A stretch of 64,000 nucleotides of DNA from Thermoproteota archaeon (GCA_029258885.1 JAPDJW010000009.1:96001-160000), one strand, 5' to 3'. Shown: positions 30,482 through 40,907, numbered from the stretch's first letter. A program made the numbers and translations. The notes: generated by a model from the sequence alone, not told the origin.

Positions 30482-31756
30482 ATGAGTTTCATACGTGCTC
30501 CACCCGAATGGGGTATTGAACCCGTACCAGAGGAGCTGAGGAAGCTTAGGCACTTCGACATAGCCGTACTATGGTCAAGCCTAGGCGTAGGTCTACTAGT
30601 AATGCAGGCAGGGGCACTGCTGGTTCAGTGGCTTAACTTATCAGTCATTGAGGCTATCATAATATCAATAGTTGGATCCATTATAGGTTCGCTTATTCTA
30701 GCGGTAGCTGGAATAATAGGCGGAAAGTATGGCGTACCCACTATGGTCAGTTTAAGGCCTATAATGGGTTTAAAGGGTAGCTATCTGCTAACTTTTCTCA
30801 ACGTTATTCAGCTTGTAGGCTGGACTACATTCGAATTCATAGTAATGGGAGATGCTGCTACAGCTATAACCGGCGAGTTTCTGGGCTCCTATACAAAGTA
30901 CTTCTGGATAACCATTGTAGCTATCTGGTGCTATCTCATGGCTACGTTAGGTCCTCTAGCTGTTGTAAGGGAGTGGCTAGAGAAGTTTGCGATATGGATA
31001 GTTTATTTATCATCGATATGGATAACTTTAAACATAACCTCAGTAATATCATTCAGCCCACAACAGTTTTCCGGTAGCATATCAGCGTTGCTTCTAGGTC
31101 TAGACCTAGTGGTTGCAATGCCTATTTCATGGATGCCTCTAATCGCCGACTACAATAGGTTTAATAGGAGTAGTCGTGAGGGAGTAATAGGTACCTTTAT
31201 TGGATATACTATTGCAAATACCTGGTTCTATTCGATGGGTGCATGCTTAGCCTACGTTTATCCTGGTGAAAGCATAGTTTACTCTATAGCGTTAATATAC
31301 CTAGGAGTCCTAGCTATACTCGGAATACTCGTGGATGAAACCGATAACGCATTTGCAGACATATATTCCTCCGCTGTTTCACTGCAAAACATCTTTCAGA
31401 AGACTAGACAATGGAAGCTAGCTCTATTCGTCACTGTTATAAGCCTCATTCTAGCATATACTATACCCATAGCTGAGTATGAGAGCTTCCTTCTCCTAAT
31501 AGGTGCCTCATTTATACCTATATTCGGGATAATGATGGGTGATGCTTTAATAATACGTAAGTTAAACTACGATGTTACCGAGTTCTATGGAAAGGCCCCC
31601 TCAATTAAATGGAGTGCAGTATTTTCGTGGATAATAGGCTTCACAGTATACTATCTCCTAAGCTACGTATTCGTTGATCTCAGCATTGGAGCAAGCATAC
31701 CCACTCTAATTATATCATTATTAATATACGTATTAATTGAGAAGGCTAGGAGGTGA
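30482..31756 (+). CDS. cytX: Hydroxymethylpyrimidine transporter CytX-like (NCS1 family)
   Basis: [46 protein letters not shown] and [12 protein letters not shown] motifs; adjacent to thiDN. Confidence 0.85.
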   Translation: MSFIRAPPEWGIEPVPEELRKLRHFDIAVLWSSLGVGLLVMQAGALLVQWLNLSVIEAIIISIVGSIIGSLILAVAGIIGGKYGVPTMVSLRPIMGLKGSYLLTFLNVIQLVGWTTFEFIVMGDAATAITGEFLGSYTKYFWITIVAIWCYLMATLGPLAVVREWLEKFAIWIVYLSSIWITLNITSVISFSPQQFSGSISALLLGLDLVVAMPISWMPLIADYNRFNRSSREGVIGTFIGYTIANTWFYSMGACLAYVYPGESIVYSIALIYLGVLAILGILVDETDNAFADIYSSAVSLQNIFQKTRQWKLALFVTVISLILAYTIPIAEYESFLLLIGASFIPIFGIMMGDALIIRKLNYDVTEFYGKAPSIKWSAVFSWIIGFTVYYLLSYVFVDLSIGASIPTLIISLLIYVLIEKARR

Positions 31757-31760
31757 ACAT

Positions 31761-33134
31761 ATGGACTTAAGATACGGAACCCACGGTAGAATACCCGTTG
31801 CAATGACTATAGCTGGAAGCGATTCAGGAGGAGGAGCCGGAATTGAGGCTGACCTTAAAACCTTCGCAGCCCTAGGAGTACACGGTACCGTTACATTAAC
31901 GGCAATAACTGCACAAAACACCTATTCCGTCACCGGAGTTCAAGATGTTGAGCTTGAAATTATTGCTAAGCAAATAGATGCCGTTGCCGAAGACCTAGGT
32001 ATAGATGCAGCTAAGACCGGTATGCTCCATACAAGTGAGATAATAAGGCTAGTTGCTGAGAAGGTGAAGGAATACGGATTCCCCCTCGTAGTCGATCCGG
32101 TAATGATAGCCAAAAGCGGAGCTCCACTACTTAAAAAGGAAGCCGTTAAGACCCTTATTGAAGTACTTATACCTATAGCAACAGTCATTACACCGAATAT
32201 ACCTGAAGCCGAGGTAATAACCGGATTAAAGATAGAAGATAAAGGGGACATGCTGAAAGCCGCTAAAAGGATAGTTGAACTCGGCCCCAAAGCAGTAGTG
32301 GTGAAGGGAGGACATGCTAAGGGTATGTTTTCAATAGACATACTCTACCATGAGGGCGAAGTTGTAGAGTTTAAGTCGCCGAGGTACGAGGTAAAGACAA
32401 CCCACGGCACTGGATGCAGTTTTTCTGCAGCAATTGCCGCAGAGCTAGCTAAGGGTAAGGATGTTGTATCAGCCGTAAAAATGGCTAAGAAGCTCATATC
32501 TCTAGGGATAAGATACGGCATACCTGTAGGGAAGGGGCACGGTCCAGTTAACCCCATGGCCATACTGTACAAGGAGGCGGCAAAATACTCTGTCCTCAGA
32601 AGGGTGTTCAATGCTCTAATGAAGCTTGAGGAAATACCCAATATCTCAAGACTTGTCCCGGAGGTAGGAATGAACCTAGCTGAGGCAATACCCTACGCCG
32701 AGGATATGGGCGACGTTGTAGCTGTGCCAGGTAGAGTTAGATCCTCAAGAAACGGAAGAATATTCTGGAGCTGCCCAGATTTTAATGCCTCATCACACCT
32801 AGCTAGGTATATAATGAAGGCTATGGAGTACGATCCATCCATTAGGGCGGCAATCAACGTTAGATTTAACAGGAATTTCATTGAGGCCGCTGAAAAGCTA
32901 GGATTTAAGGTATCCTACTATGATAGGCGCGAGGAGCCACCTGAGGTTAAGGCTGTTGAGGGCATGACCGTGCAGTGGGGGCTTGAACAGGCTATAAAGA
33001 GGATCGGTTGCTTACCAGACGTGGTTTATCATGAGGGCGATTGGGGTAAAGAGCCAATGATAGTGGTTTTTGGCTGTGACGCGGTGGATGTAGTTAATAA
33101 GGTAGCTAAGATATGGAGCAGTATAGAGGAGTAA
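31761..33134 (+). CDS. thiD: Bifunctional HMP/HMP-P kinase - thiamine phosphate synthase ThiDN
   Basis: SD GGAGGTGA then ATG 31761. ThiD motifs [34 protein letters not shown] and THGTGCSFS; C-terminal ThiN domain PEVGMNL...SSHLAR...WGKEPMI. Confidence 0.95.
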   Translation: MDLRYGTHGRIPVAMTIAGSDSGGGAGIEADLKTFAALGVHGTVTLTAITAQNTYSVTGVQDVELEIIAKQIDAVAEDLGIDAAKTGMLHTSEIIRLVAEKVKEYGFPLVVDPVMIAKSGAPLLKKEAVKTLIEVLIPIATVITPNIPEAEVITGLKIEDKGDMLKAAKRIVELGPKAVVVKGGHAKGMFSIDILYHEGEVVEFKSPRYEVKTTHGTGCSFSAAIAAELAKGKDVVSAVKMAKKLISLGIRYGIPVGKGHGPVNPMAILYKEAAKYSVLRRVFNALMKLEEIPNISRLVPEVGMNLAEAIPYAEDMGDVVAVPGRVRSSRNGRIFWSCPDFNASSHLARYIMKAMEYDPSIRAAINVRFNRNFIEAAEKLGFKVSYYDRREEPPEVKAVEGMTVQWGLEQAIKRIGCLPDVVYHEGDWGKEPMIVVFGCDAVDVVNKVAKIWSSIEE

Positions 33135-33138
33135 TACT

Positions 33139-33699
33139 ATGCGTAAGCGGTTAATAGAGATCTCCCTTTCAGCCTTCCTAACGAGCATAGCTGTGATAAT
33201 ATCGCCTGTACTGTGGTTTCCAGCCTTCACGACAAAGGCTTATCCGGGACAGCACATGATTAACGTTATCTCAGGAGTACTACTGGGGCCGTGGTGGGCG
33301 GCATTAATAGCGCTATTCACAGGGATCATTAGAATGATGCTTGGCGTAGGCACAATATACTCCATACCAGGTGGAATACCCGGGGCTTTCCTTGTAGGCA
33401 TAGGATATGAGATATTGAGGAGGACTAGGTTTAAGGAGAAGGCCGAGTTAGCCGCTTTTCTGGAGCCCATAGGTACCGTGCTTATAGGTGGAACGCTTGC
33501 TCTCTATATTTTCGCTCCTTCGATAGGAGATGTTAGAATGCTTCAGAGGCTTGAAGAAGGTCCAATGTTTGCATTAATTGGACTATGGAGTCTCTGGGCT
33601 TTAAGTTCAGTTCCCGGATGTATAATCGGCTATATAATACTGCTTGTACTAAAGAAGGCTGGATACACGAGGGAAACGATACTTGAAGATAAACATTAG
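33139..33699 (+). CDS. thiW: ECF transporter S-component ThiW (thiazole precursor uptake)
   Basis: KAYPGQHMINVISGVLLGPWW, IPGGIPGAFLVG and EPIGTVLIG match the ThiW family; 4 bp after thiDN. Confidence 0.88.
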   Translation: MRKRLIEISLSAFLTSIAVIISPVLWFPAFTTKAYPGQHMINVISGVLLGPWWAALIALFTGIIRMMLGVGTIYSIPGGIPGAFLVGIGYEILRRTRFKEKAELAAFLEPIGTVLIGGTLALYIFAPSIGDVRMLQRLEEGPMFALIGLWSLWALSSVPGCIIGYIILLVLKKAGYTRETILEDKH

Positions 33700-34234
33700 C
33701 GAAATACTAGGCAAGAGGACGTTAATAGTGGGAGATGTTGGTAAAGGTAAAACTAGGGTTACCGCTGAAATAGTTACCCAGCTTATATCCATGGGCTATG
33801 AGAGAGAGATAACGATTATAGATATGGCTCCCAAGAGAATAGGTAGTATAGGAGGGAGAATAGCCGACTATGTAAAGCTACTTAATACTATCAAATACCT
33901 ATACAGCGATAAAATAATACCTCCCCGAACAATGGGTAAAAATAAAAATGAAGTTTTAAGATATGCTCAAAACAATAGAATGGTTATACATGATATGCTC
34001 CAAAGCTACCTTAATGAGCCAACACGGATACTTGTAATCAACGATATAACGCTCTATTTTCACGCGGGGAGCCTAGAGGATATACTCCTTTGCGTACGTA
34101 AAGCTGAAACATTTCTAGCAAACGGCTACTATGGAACTTATTTTAGTGATGATAAATCATCGGGTATAAGCACGAGGGAGAAGAGGCTTATGGAGGAGCT
34201 GATGGAAAAAATGGATAAAATATATTATTTATAG
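33683..34234 (+). CDS. Uncharacterised small P-loop NTPase
   Basis: Walker A LIVGDVGKGKT and Walker B-like ILVINDITLY; overlaps the end of thiW by 17 bp. Confidence 0.7.
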   Translation: MKINISEILGKRTLIVGDVGKGKTRVTAEIVTQLISMGYEREITIIDMAPKRIGSIGGRIADYVKLLNTIKYLYSDKIIPPRTMGKNKNEVLRYAQNNRMVIHDMLQSYLNEPTRILVINDITLYFHAGSLEDILLCVRKAETFLANGYYGTYFSDDKSSGISTREKRLMEELMEKMDKIYYL

Positions 34235-34759
34235 CTAGTAGGGAGGAGGCGGTGGAGGCGGAGGAACAGCTACAGGTCTTTTAACCTCCTCAGGCTTATG
34301 TAAGAAATACGCTATAAACATAAATACTCCGCCAGCCATTACGACTAATGGTCCTAATCCAAAACCTATGCTCGCGCCTAGTAAACTCCCATATTTAGAC
34401 AAAATCCTCGATTTTATCATTTCAATCATTGCTATCCAGCATATTCCAGCTACTATAAGTAAGATTCCAGAGGCAATTTTTGCTTTCTTCGATACGAGGG
34501 CTACTATTCCAATCAATACTCCCAGACCATAGGATATAAGCGATGCTGTACCTAGAAACTCCTCGGTTGTCTCGGGAGCTCTAATGTTAACTCTGAAGCT
34601 CTCAGGCACGTTTTTCGCAACTGATATCATATCGTATAGGCTCATTTCAAGTGATAGAAACGCTACCTTTACTGTAAACCACGGCAGGAAGAGGGCAACT
34701 ATAGCTGCTACAAGCCCTATTAAAGCCACAATTAAGGATACAATGTGGATTTTCATCAA
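34235..34759 (-). CDS. Small 4-TM membrane protein with C-terminal Pro8-Tyr
   Basis: ALFLPWFTV after TM1, GFGLG before the last TM, ending KRPVAVPPPPPPPPY. Confidence 0.75.
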   Translation of the reverse strand: MMKIHIVSLIVALIGLVAAIVALFLPWFTVKVAFLSLEMSLYDMISVAKNVPESFRVNIRAPETTEEFLGTASLISYGLGVLIGIVALVSKKAKIASGILLIVAGICWIAMIEMIKSRILSKYGSLLGASIGFGLGPLVVMAGGVFMFIAYFLHKPEEVKRPVAVPPPPPPPPY

Positions 34760-34829
34760 TATATAATGGTCAGAATATAAATATAAATTATATTATTAAA
34801 AACAACGCAAGAGAAAAAGTAGAAGAGAA

Positions 34830-37800
34830 TTAAGGATCCCTAATGATTCTTGATAGCTCTTTAATTATTCTGCTTTTTGTGAGCATATTTATCCGAGATT
34901 CATAGTCTACAGCGGCTTTTGTCACCCTAACTCTGTTTTCAATCTCTTTTCTCACCCTACTCCATATCTCGCTGAAGTCATCGTATAGGACGTCGTTCTC
35001 AGTAAGTATAGGTTTCTCTATCTCTGTGATCTCGATCTCCTCTGCCGCGAGCCTCCAAATCATGTCTGAAAGCCTATCTAAAGCAGATGCAAATATCTCC
35101 ATTACCTTAGCGTATGCACTCAAGATTGGGGCATACCTGGATCCCGGCATTAAATTTAAAGCACTTGAAAGCTTCCTAAGGACATCTCCCGGCGTCCTCG
35201 GCTTCTCCAGGAGCCTAAGCACTGATGTAATCTTTTCAGTTACCTCCTTAACTCCATCCAGTCCTATACCCTCACTCTCGATTCTCACAGTATTTTCGCC
35301 AAGATACTGTCCGGTAGATACAGCTTTCTGGCAGCTCTCCATAACTTCAATAGCATTCTCAAGAGCCTCTCGTATAGCCCTTATGAAATCTTCCTCCTCC
35401 TCAATAGCCTTAAGTTCCTCGCTGGACAGGAAGTCCCAAAGCCTTTCTCTAGCCATAGCCTTCTTAAAGTTCTTCTTTATATTCTCAAACCTTCTCCTAA
35501 ATTCCGTTAGTTTATCAGAGAACTCCTTCACTTCTCCTTCAAGGTCTGATGGATCGGGAAGCGACCTGTAGCTTCCGGACGCACTATAATATTTAGTTAA
35601 AACCTTATTCTTATCCTTCAGGTAGCTTCTCCATATCTCCCAGCACTCCTCACGCGTCTTAACGGCTTGAAGCTTAGCCCTGTAAACATCTACTCTACTC
35701 CTCAGGCTAACAATATCATCTACAGCTTCATCAAGCCTTGCATATGTCTGCTCGCCCCTATCAATGTATTCTTTAACACGTTCATTAAACGAGTTGAGGT
35801 CCTCAAGCACACCTTCAATTTCAGAAATAATATCATCCAATGGGAGGAGTGCGCCCTTAACCCTATCTATCAGATCAGGTCTACACGGCGGATTGCTCTT
35901 ATATTCTTTAATATTCTCCTTAAGCCCGCGGAAATGCTTATCTAGGTCGTTCAGCGACCCGAGTATGTTGCGGTACTCCTCAATCTTCCTTCTACACTCG
36001 CCTCTCTCAGAGGCAGCTTCCCTAATTAACTTAGTAAGCTCATCTATCTCATTACGAAGCAGCCGGTCAACCTTATCCCTACACCTCCTCAGCTCCAGCT
36101 CGCAGCTCCTATACTTCTCCTCTAAGGCATCAGCAAACTTATCCACCTTATCCCGCATAGCCTTAAGAGATCCAATATTCCTCCTAAGCTCGGATGCCAT
36201 TTCGTCAAGAGCCCTTATATCGGCCTCAAGATCCCTAATTCTACTCTCCTCCTCAGTAAGCCTCTTAACGCCCCTCCAGTAATCCCTAATAACCTTACGT
36301 AGCTCCCTCCTGAACGAGTTAAACCTTCTAAAGAACTCATCAACTCTATCGGTTAAGTTTATCCTAACTCCGCAGAGCTCTATATAGTCCCTCCCCTCCC
36401 CGTCGGAGACCATGTCATGAAATATGTTTCTAACGTAATCGCCCGCCTCATCAATCCCACGCTTAATCCTCAAAATGTTACGTTTAGCCTCAGCAAGCTC
36501 ATCCCGCTTCAGGGAGAGGTTCTTTTCAACTCCATTCAGCTTGCTCTCGTACTCGCTTATCGCCTTATCTATAATGCCGTCCCTTATATCCATGACCTCC
36601 TTATACAGCCTATATATCTCATCACACGTAAAGCACGCAGGATTCAAGGCCAGAATTCTGTTGAGTAGATCCAGAGCCCTACCAACCCTAATAGCTAGGT
36701 CGTCGAGGAGAAGCTTACGCCTACTCTTCGACTCAGATAACTGGACATCCAGCTTAGCTATCTCATCCTCAGCCTCCTTAAGCCTGCTCCTAAGCCTCGA
36801 TAGGATCCTATCATACATGTTGATGGCAGCCTTTAAACCCCTATTCGCCATATAGCTACGGGTATAGTCTCCAGCAGCCTCAGCGCGCCTTGCAATATCC
36901 TCATAGAACTTAATACACTCATCCCTACTAGCCTCAGCCCTAGCGATCTTATCGTTTAGAAAATCCCGCATAGCCTTAGCCCTATAGTACCTCGACAACA
37001 TATCTCCCAACTTTAAGGTTTCATCGAGAAGATTCTTAGCTGCACTAGATATTCCCGACAGCTCATCCACTATCTGCTTTCCAAACATGTTAAACGCAAC
37101 CTTCTCCCTAGCACAAGGCTTCCTCCTACTGTAGTACAAGACGCCGCCGCCTAAACCGAAGGCTGCAAGAAGAATAGCTATAATAGTTGCTGAAAATGGA
37201 ACGATAACAGTTATCTCCTTATCCTCCGTCAGCTCAACCGTAATAAACCTATCATAGAATAGACAGCTTACCCTAACATTATACGTCCCAACCGGAAGCT
37301 TACCTAATAGAACGGATCCATCTCCATGTACTGTTAGAGTTTCACCGTCAGGTAGAACGGTGGATGCTGTGATGCCTGATACAGCTATTCCCAGCGGATC
37401 GACCACGTTGATTTTCAGGTCGTAGACTCTACAGTCGATCGTGAAGGACTTGGATCCATCAACCTTAAAAACTACAGCCTCCAGGGGCTTTACGTCAGCA
37501 CCCCTATACTGTACCAGCGTTAGAGTATATATGCCCTCCTTAAGCCACACATTAACGTACTCCGTTAATATTAGCTTAACTCCATCACAGGCTATCTCGA
37601 TTGCATTGGGAGTTATTTCCTCGCCCTTAGATTTAATAAACCTAAAGCTTACGAGGAAGTATCGATCCCAGTTAGCTATTAGGACATAGGGCTTATCCAC
37701 CCTAAGGGTGAATGAGCTACGGTTGATGGTTAAATCCCCAATCCATTCTCTAAACTCAACCTTCGTCCCGTTATCGAACTCTAGGATGGGCGTAATACTT

Positions 37801-38963
37801 ATCGTCACGTTGCTACCTGCAGGATGCCATCCATCCCCCTTGGGATAGTCGTATCTCGAAATGAGGGTTACTAAGTGGTATATCCTCCACTTCGCCGTGA
37901 TGTTTATAGGATCTGCGAGGGAGCCTACAACTAGCTGAGGTTTACTTGGATCAAGCGTATTCCTACCCCAGTCGCCTTCCCACGAGACAAATACCGCCTT
38001 ACTTCCATTGCCCACCATAACCTCACTCTGTTTCACTCCAAGCTGAACCGTGCTGCCCTCCTTATACCATCCGCTTCCATAGGCTTCCCCATAGGGCGAG
38101 CTAACGATAACCCTATACTCGGCGTCGTATTCGCATGTGCCGTTGAACCCATCCTCATCTATATAGACTTTCCTAGGATTATCCGTAACGCCGTCGCTCC
38201 ATTCGACGAAGACATACCTTATATCATCTGATACGTTTATAACTGGGGGAACGTATATCTCGTGCCATCCAACAGGTATGTAGGCTGTAATCTCACCATC
38301 CTCAGCTACATACTCGACTCCATCTATAACCACGTAGGTTACGTTAACTGGGACGTATATCTCAACAGGCGTCTCAAGGGCATACCTTATTAGGGTTGAA
38401 TATTCCTCATCAGGCGTAAAGTCCCCGCACACGTACTCGTACTCGGTGACAACCCTCCAATTAAGCTCCTTAGGCTCCTCGTTAAGCCCTAGCTCGCTTT
38501 TAGGTATAAGGAGAGCTAGTGCAGTAGAGTTTTCAAGATATGCTTGAGCGGAGGTTGATACGTCATCCCAACCCCAGCTCCTATATACGCTGGCAGAAAC
38601 TCCTAATCCCTCATAGAGTGTTATTGAATACATTGTATCGCAGTAGTTAAATGGAGCATCCTGACAGTTATTCCCGGGATCTCCGTCCCTATCGAAGAGC
38701 ACGTAATAGTAAGTCTTTTTCTCAGTAACCTCAGGTATTTCACCATAGACGTTTATTACAACCCTGAGGAAATTCTCCTCCTCAAATACGGCAATGCACT
38801 TAACGTCCACGAAACCTACGTAGCCTGAAGCCGCTCCGCCAGTCCATATGTCAAGCAGATCATTGTCGGGATCCTCTATAAAATCCATGTAGATATAGGC
38901 TGAGGCATAGCTATTGAGAAAAAGCGCAATAATAAGTAAACTAATTATATACCTTCTTTTCAT
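34830..38963 (-). CDS. Large single-pass protein: extracellular beta-domain array + TM + ~750-aa coiled-coil region
   Basis: Signal peptide; DPDNDL...VDVK...YYVLFDRDGDP (glucodextranase-C/DOMON-like); repeats SPYGEAYGSGWY and SRYDYPKGDGWH; TM ending GGVLYYSRRKP; long heptad-rich E/K/R region. Confidence 0.7.
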   Translation of the reverse strand: MKRRYIISLLIIALFLNSYASAYIYMDFIEDPDNDLLDIWTGGAASGYVGFVDVKCIAVFEEENFLRVVINVYGEIPEVTEKKTYYYVLFDRDGDPGNNCQDAPFNYCDTMYSITLYEGLGVSASVYRSWGWDDVSTSAQAYLENSTALALLIPKSELGLNEEPKELNWRVVTEYEYVCGDFTPDEEYSTLIRYALETPVEIYVPVNVTYVVIDGVEYVAEDGEITAYIPVGWHEIYVPPVINVSDDIRYVFVEWSDGVTDNPRKVYIDEDGFNGTCEYDAEYRVIVSSPYGEAYGSGWYKEGSTVQLGVKQSEVMVGNGSKAVFVSWEGDWGRNTLDPSKPQLVVGSLADPINITAKWRIYHLVTLISRYDYPKGDGWHPAGSNVTISITPILEFDNGTKVEFREWIGDLTINRSSFTLRVDKPYVLIANWDRYFLVSFRFIKSKGEEITPNAIEIACDGVKLILTEYVNVWLKEGIYTLTLVQYRGADVKPLEAVVFKVDGSKSFTIDCRVYDLKINVVDPLGIAVSGITASTVLPDGETLTVHGDGSVLLGKLPVGTYNVRVSCLFYDRFITVELTEDKEITVIVPFSATIIAILLAAFGLGGGVLYYSRRKPCAREKVAFNMFGKQIVDELSGISSAAKNLLDETLKLGDMLSRYYRAKAMRDFLNDKIARAEASRDECIKFYEDIARRAEAAGDYTRSYMANRGLKAAINMYDRILSRLRSRLKEAEDEIAKLDVQLSESKSRRKLLLDDLAIRVGRALDLLNRILALNPACFTCDEIYRLYKEVMDIRDGIIDKAISEYESKLNGVEKNLSLKRDELAEAKRNILRIKRGIDEAGDYVRNIFHDMVSDGEGRDYIELCGVRINLTDRVDEFFRRFNSFRRELRKVIRDYWRGVKRLTEEESRIRDLEADIRALDEMASELRRNIGSLKAMRDKVDKFADALEEKYRSCELELRRCRDKVDRLLRNEIDELTKLIREAASERGECRRKIEEYRNILGSLNDLDKHFRGLKENIKEYKSNPPCRPDLIDRVKGALLPLDDIISEIEGVLEDLNSFNERVKEYIDRGEQTYARLDEAVDDIVSLRSRVDVYRAKLQAVKTREECWEIWRSYLKDKNKVLTKYYSASGSYRSLPDPSDLEGEVKEFSDKLTEFRRRFENIKKNFKKAMARERLWDFLSSEELKAIEEEEDFIRAIREALENAIEVMESCQKAVSTGQYLGENTVRIESEGIGLDGVKEVTEKITSVLRLLEKPRTPGDVLRKLSSALNLMPGSRYAPILSAYAKVMEIFASALDRLSDMIWRLAAEEIEITEIEKPILTENDVLYDDFSEIWSRVRKEIENRVRVTKAAVDYESRINMLTKSRIIKELSRIIRDP

Positions 38964-39090
38964 GTATCTCTAACCATACCTATTTCTCCCTAATAATATT
39001 ATGTTCAAATATCTTTAAAACTATTTCATACTTAAGCTTTAAAACCTAGAGGTAAGACTATATTTACAGGGCTGAAGTCAAGGTGTAGCC

Positions 39091-40026
39091 TTGAGGCCTC
39101 CATGCGAACTAGTGGTTAGAATAATACTCCCATATATTAGGGCTAGGATAGCTAAACAGTTAATAGAGGAGCATGGATACACATTAACGCAGGTTTCAAG
39201 GATACTGAAAATCTCCAAGACGTCCGTGTTAAAATATCGGAAAATACTAAGGGAATCTCCTGCTAGAGGCGTAGATGTACTAAATAGGATAGCTGATGAA
39301 GCGGTGGAGCATATAGTTAGGGGTGAGGCTGAAGATTATCATCTAATTAAAATTATGTGTAGAGCATGTATGCTAGAAAAAATGGGCGGAACAATATGTT
39401 CACTACATAGAAGCGTCTATGGATTCCCGGAGGAGTGCGACATATGTAGAGACGTAGTGCTAGGTATTGGGGAGTTAGCGCTAGAGAGGGCTAACATATT
39501 AGGTGATCTAATGGAGGCATATCGAATATTATCCACTATAGATGGGTTTAACAAGATTATACCTGAGGTAAGAACAAATATCGTAATGTGCACTAAGGAT
39601 GCTGGCAAAGTAGAGGATGTAGCGGGTTTTCCAGGGAGAATAACTGTCATAAAGGGTAAAGCTTCCATAGTTTCGCCCCCTAAATTTGGGGCTTCAAAAC
39701 ATTTAGCTACAATACTTTTAAAAGCTCATAAGATAAATCCCGAAATTAATAGCTGTACATGTATAAGATATAGTGGAAAAATAGATGCATGTTTAAAAGC
39801 TTCTGGCTACAGGCTACTATACATGGATAGGAGGAAGTTTAAGGATATCATTAACTTTATGAATTCGCTTAAAAGCCTGAATATGAACGATGTTATAGTG
39901 GATTTAGGTGGCAGAGGTATCGAGCCAGTAGCTTACCTCTTTGCACAATCCGCTACGGAGATAGCTAGAAGAGTAAAACAGATAGCTGAAAAGATAAATA
40001 GAGAGTTTTCTAAGTTAGCGGTGTAG
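39091..40026 (+). CDS. thiR: ThiR-type transcriptional regulator (HTH + ThiN-like domain)
   Basis: N-terminal PPCELVVRIILPYIRARIAKQL...TLTQVSRILKIS HTH with a Cys/His cluster (CRAC...CSLH...CDIC); C-terminal IIPEVRTNIV...DVAGFPGRIT...ASKHLA ThiN-like domain. Near the thiamine operon. Confidence 0.8.
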   Translation: MRPPCELVVRIILPYIRARIAKQLIEEHGYTLTQVSRILKISKTSVLKYRKILRESPARGVDVLNRIADEAVEHIVRGEAEDYHLIKIMCRACMLEKMGGTICSLHRSVYGFPEECDICRDVVLGIGELALERANILGDLMEAYRILSTIDGFNKIIPEVRTNIVMCTKDAGKVEDVAGFPGRITVIKGKASIVSPPKFGASKHLATILLKAHKINPEINSCTCIRYSGKIDACLKASGYRLLYMDRRKFKDIINFMNSLKSLNMNDVIVDLGGRGIEPVAYLFAQSATEIARRVKQIAEKINREFSKLAV

Positions 40027-40172
40027 ATGGAAGAGGAAACAGGTTGCGATAATTGGCTATTAGTCAGGAAGCTATATCATGTTCCTATGTAACAATATAT
40101 CACATCATGGTATGATAAATGTAGTTTCAAAAGAGGGTTACCTATATATACGGTTAATACTGAAGATAACTA

Positions 40173-40225
40173 GGGATGAATGGCCGATGGCAGGCTGATG
40201 CATGATGACTGGGTAAGCTGTATGA
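40173..40225 (+). ncRNA. C/D box sRNA candidate
   Basis: TATATATA at 40143, C-like GGGATGA 40173, D' CTGA 40195, C' ATGATGA 40202, D-variant ATGA 40222. The D guide is complementary to ACAGCTTACCC, resembling the recalled 23S GTPase-centre sequence GUAACAGCU(U/C)ACC. Confidence 0.6.
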
Positions 40226-40226
40226 C

Positions 40227-40907
40227 CTACTTTTTCTTGACTGCGATCTTCTCCTCCAGTATTTTCTCCCAATCTATCCTAAATACTATGAATATTATAG
40301 CTATAAGTACGGCTAGCGTTATGAGCGAGACCGTGAGGTCATCCAGCTCCTCAGATGCGCTACTTACCTGAATGCCGAAGAACGATACGACGTACAGCAT
40401 TGTTATCTTACCAGCGGTGCACGGTATGAGGGCTTTAAGTAGGGGATAGTTAACTAAGCCGAGTCCTATAAACAGTATATCGTCGGGAAGCGGAGTAAAG
40501 GCAAAGAGAAAGATAACTATGGGCACAAACCACTCGCCCTTCATCCTAATAATTCTCAGTAGAGCATCAGCCCTTCTTCTGGTGGAAGTGGAGACGGCAC
40601 CCGTAACAAGTCTGCCTAAAACCCAGCCAACAACCTCGCCCAGCGCTGATCCTAAACCACTAAATACAGCGACTTCAAGAGGATTAATATTTGGTATTCT
40701 TGAAGCCAGCAGGAATATTATAACCGTATACGGTATCGGGAAGATAACGCTGGTTGCTCCTATAAAACTGATCATAAAGAAGACCAGCCACCTATACGTG
40801 TACGGCAGGTTAAGAAATACGTCCTTAATATATCCGAAGAACAGATAGAGTATGAAGCTAGCAATGAGTATAGCTAATATAGAGAAGTAGTTTCCAAGCT
40901 TTCCCAA
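40227..40907 (-). CDS. DedA/VTT (SNARE-associated) membrane protein
   Basis: SVIFPIPY, GSALGEVVGWVLGR and FAFTPLPDDILFIGLG motifs. Confidence 0.88.
   Translation of the reverse strand: MGKLGNYFSILAILIASFILYLFFGYIKDVFLNLPYTYRWLVFFMISFIGATSVIFPIPYTVIIFLLASRIPNINPLEVAVFSGLGSALGEVVGWVLGRLVTGAVSTSTRRRADALLRIIRMKGEWFVPIVIFLFAFTPLPDDILFIGLGLVNYPLLKALIPCTAGKITMLYVVSFFGIQVSSASEELDDLTVSLITLAVLIAIIFIVFRIDWEKILEEKIAVKKK

Noticed and set aside
30343-30482. Possible TPP riboswitch before the thiamine operon
   Set aside because: No GCUGAGA/CCGAUA-type core, and the leader is too short and AT-rich; protein-based control is more plausible.
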